Assembly (NCBI GenBank): GCA_965287045.1
Contig: OZ336891.1
Location: 23,250,001 to 23,314,000 of the forward strand
Direction of reading: 5' to 3'
From: Carcharhinus amblyrhynchos
Lineage: Eukaryota
Length of the DNA: 64,000 nucleotides
Part shown: piece by piece, positions 63,292 through 64,000 of the stretch
How positions within the stretch are numbered: position 1 is the first letter of the stretch
How the letters are laid out: each line of letters opens with the position of its first letter
Translations under genes and position numbers: made by a program
The notes under the pieces: generated by a model
The model's input: only the letters and a program-made list of their open reading frames with translations
Databases searched by the model: none
Told to the model about the DNA's origin: nothing

Positions 63292-63435
63292 ATGGAAGCT
63301 GAAAACGTAATCGTGAAGAAGAGTGGTCAGAACTTCTCGGGCAATGATTTGGATACCTTATTGCATGAGACTGAGCAAAGGAGAGTTCACGTTTTGGGCC
63401 ATGGAAAATCGAAACCACCATGTGGTTATCATTAG
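63292..63435 (+). pseudogene. Short Myb/SANT-like ORF fragment, probably Harbinger-derived
   Basis: MEAENVIVKKSGQNFSGNDLDTLLHETEQRRVHVLGHGKSKPP, preceded by an acceptor-like ttttaatttag. Confidence 0.5.
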
Positions 63436-63752
63436 TATTCTTCTGCCTTGTTTACTTCACTTCTAATTATCTCATGTTTAAATGTTGTGTTTTGATGTTT
63501 CAATAAAGCATTAGTTGATTTTTTGTAAAGTTTCGTGGAAAACATTTATTAACAAAAATAATGTTATAAATACAAAATTTTGATGCCATGTGAACATTTA
63601 ACTAAACATTTAACTTATGCAGCTGTTGTGTGACATTTCATTTAATTGCCTCATCTCTTCCAAATTTCTCGCAACAAAATATATTTATTCTCGTTAACAT
63701 AACGCTCATTTTTTTTTGCTCTAACACAATGGTTATGTTGTCTCTGTAAACA

Positions 63753-63865
63753 AGGAGGCAAGGGAGAGAGGGATGTGAGGAGGAGTAAGGAGGGGAGGGA
63801 AAGGAGGAGAGGGGATGGGAAGGGAAGTGAGGGAATGGGAGGGGAAGCTGAGGAGAAGGAGAGAG
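63753..63865. repeat. Polypurine (GGA/GA-rich) low-complexity tract
   Basis: Directly visible. Confidence 0.85.
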
Positions 63866-64000
63866 TTTGGACATATTCATTGCACATTTAACATGCAGCC
63901 TGCCTCTTCTCCCATGATTTCTGCACATACTTCAAAGCCTCAAAAGAACTTCAGTGATTTTAAGAAGACAAGCTAAAGTTGTGATGTAGTAGCGGTGGTG

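Noticed and set aside
1-64000. Host protein-coding genes among the many short ORFs
   Set aside because: Recognisable peptides are all TE-derived. Recurrent LCGVCMFSP/GFPPGAPVSSHSPK ORFs are translations of the SINE core, and no host exon was recognised. Small exons could have been missed.
1-64000. CRISPR array, operon or other prokaryotic system
   Set aside because: No regularly spaced repeat-spacer structure and no gene-dense coding DNA; the sequence is vertebrate.

Overview
This window is eukaryotic, not prokaryotic. The repeat complement (HE1/V-SINE-like, SacSINE1/DeuSINE-like, CR1, Rex1/Babar, RTE, Penelope-like, Harbinger, Gypsy and Copia-like elements) points to a cartilaginous fish, most likely a shark. 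It looks like intronic or intergenic DNA: I recognised no host protein-coding exon, and most ORFs in the track are SINE/LINE read-throughs or chance frames. There is one 143-N assembly gap (60291-60433). Main points for follow-up: (1) minimal hammerhead-ribozyme motifs in two Penelope-derived families; (2) one tRNA-derived SINE body carrying two alternative 3' tails, one matching CR1 and one resembling the Rex1 terminal stem-loop; (3) a diverged U2 snRNA-derived element; (4) an internally deleted Copia-like LTR element with a tRNA-iMet primer-binding site, split by a young CR1; (5) a LINE whose 5' region shares sequence with a second SINE family; (6) a nested Harbinger transposase relic; (7) a 211-bp local duplication. 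Family names come from remembered consensus motifs, not database searches. Boundaries of degraded elements are approximate, to within tens of bp or more. I cannot claim a wholly new biological system.
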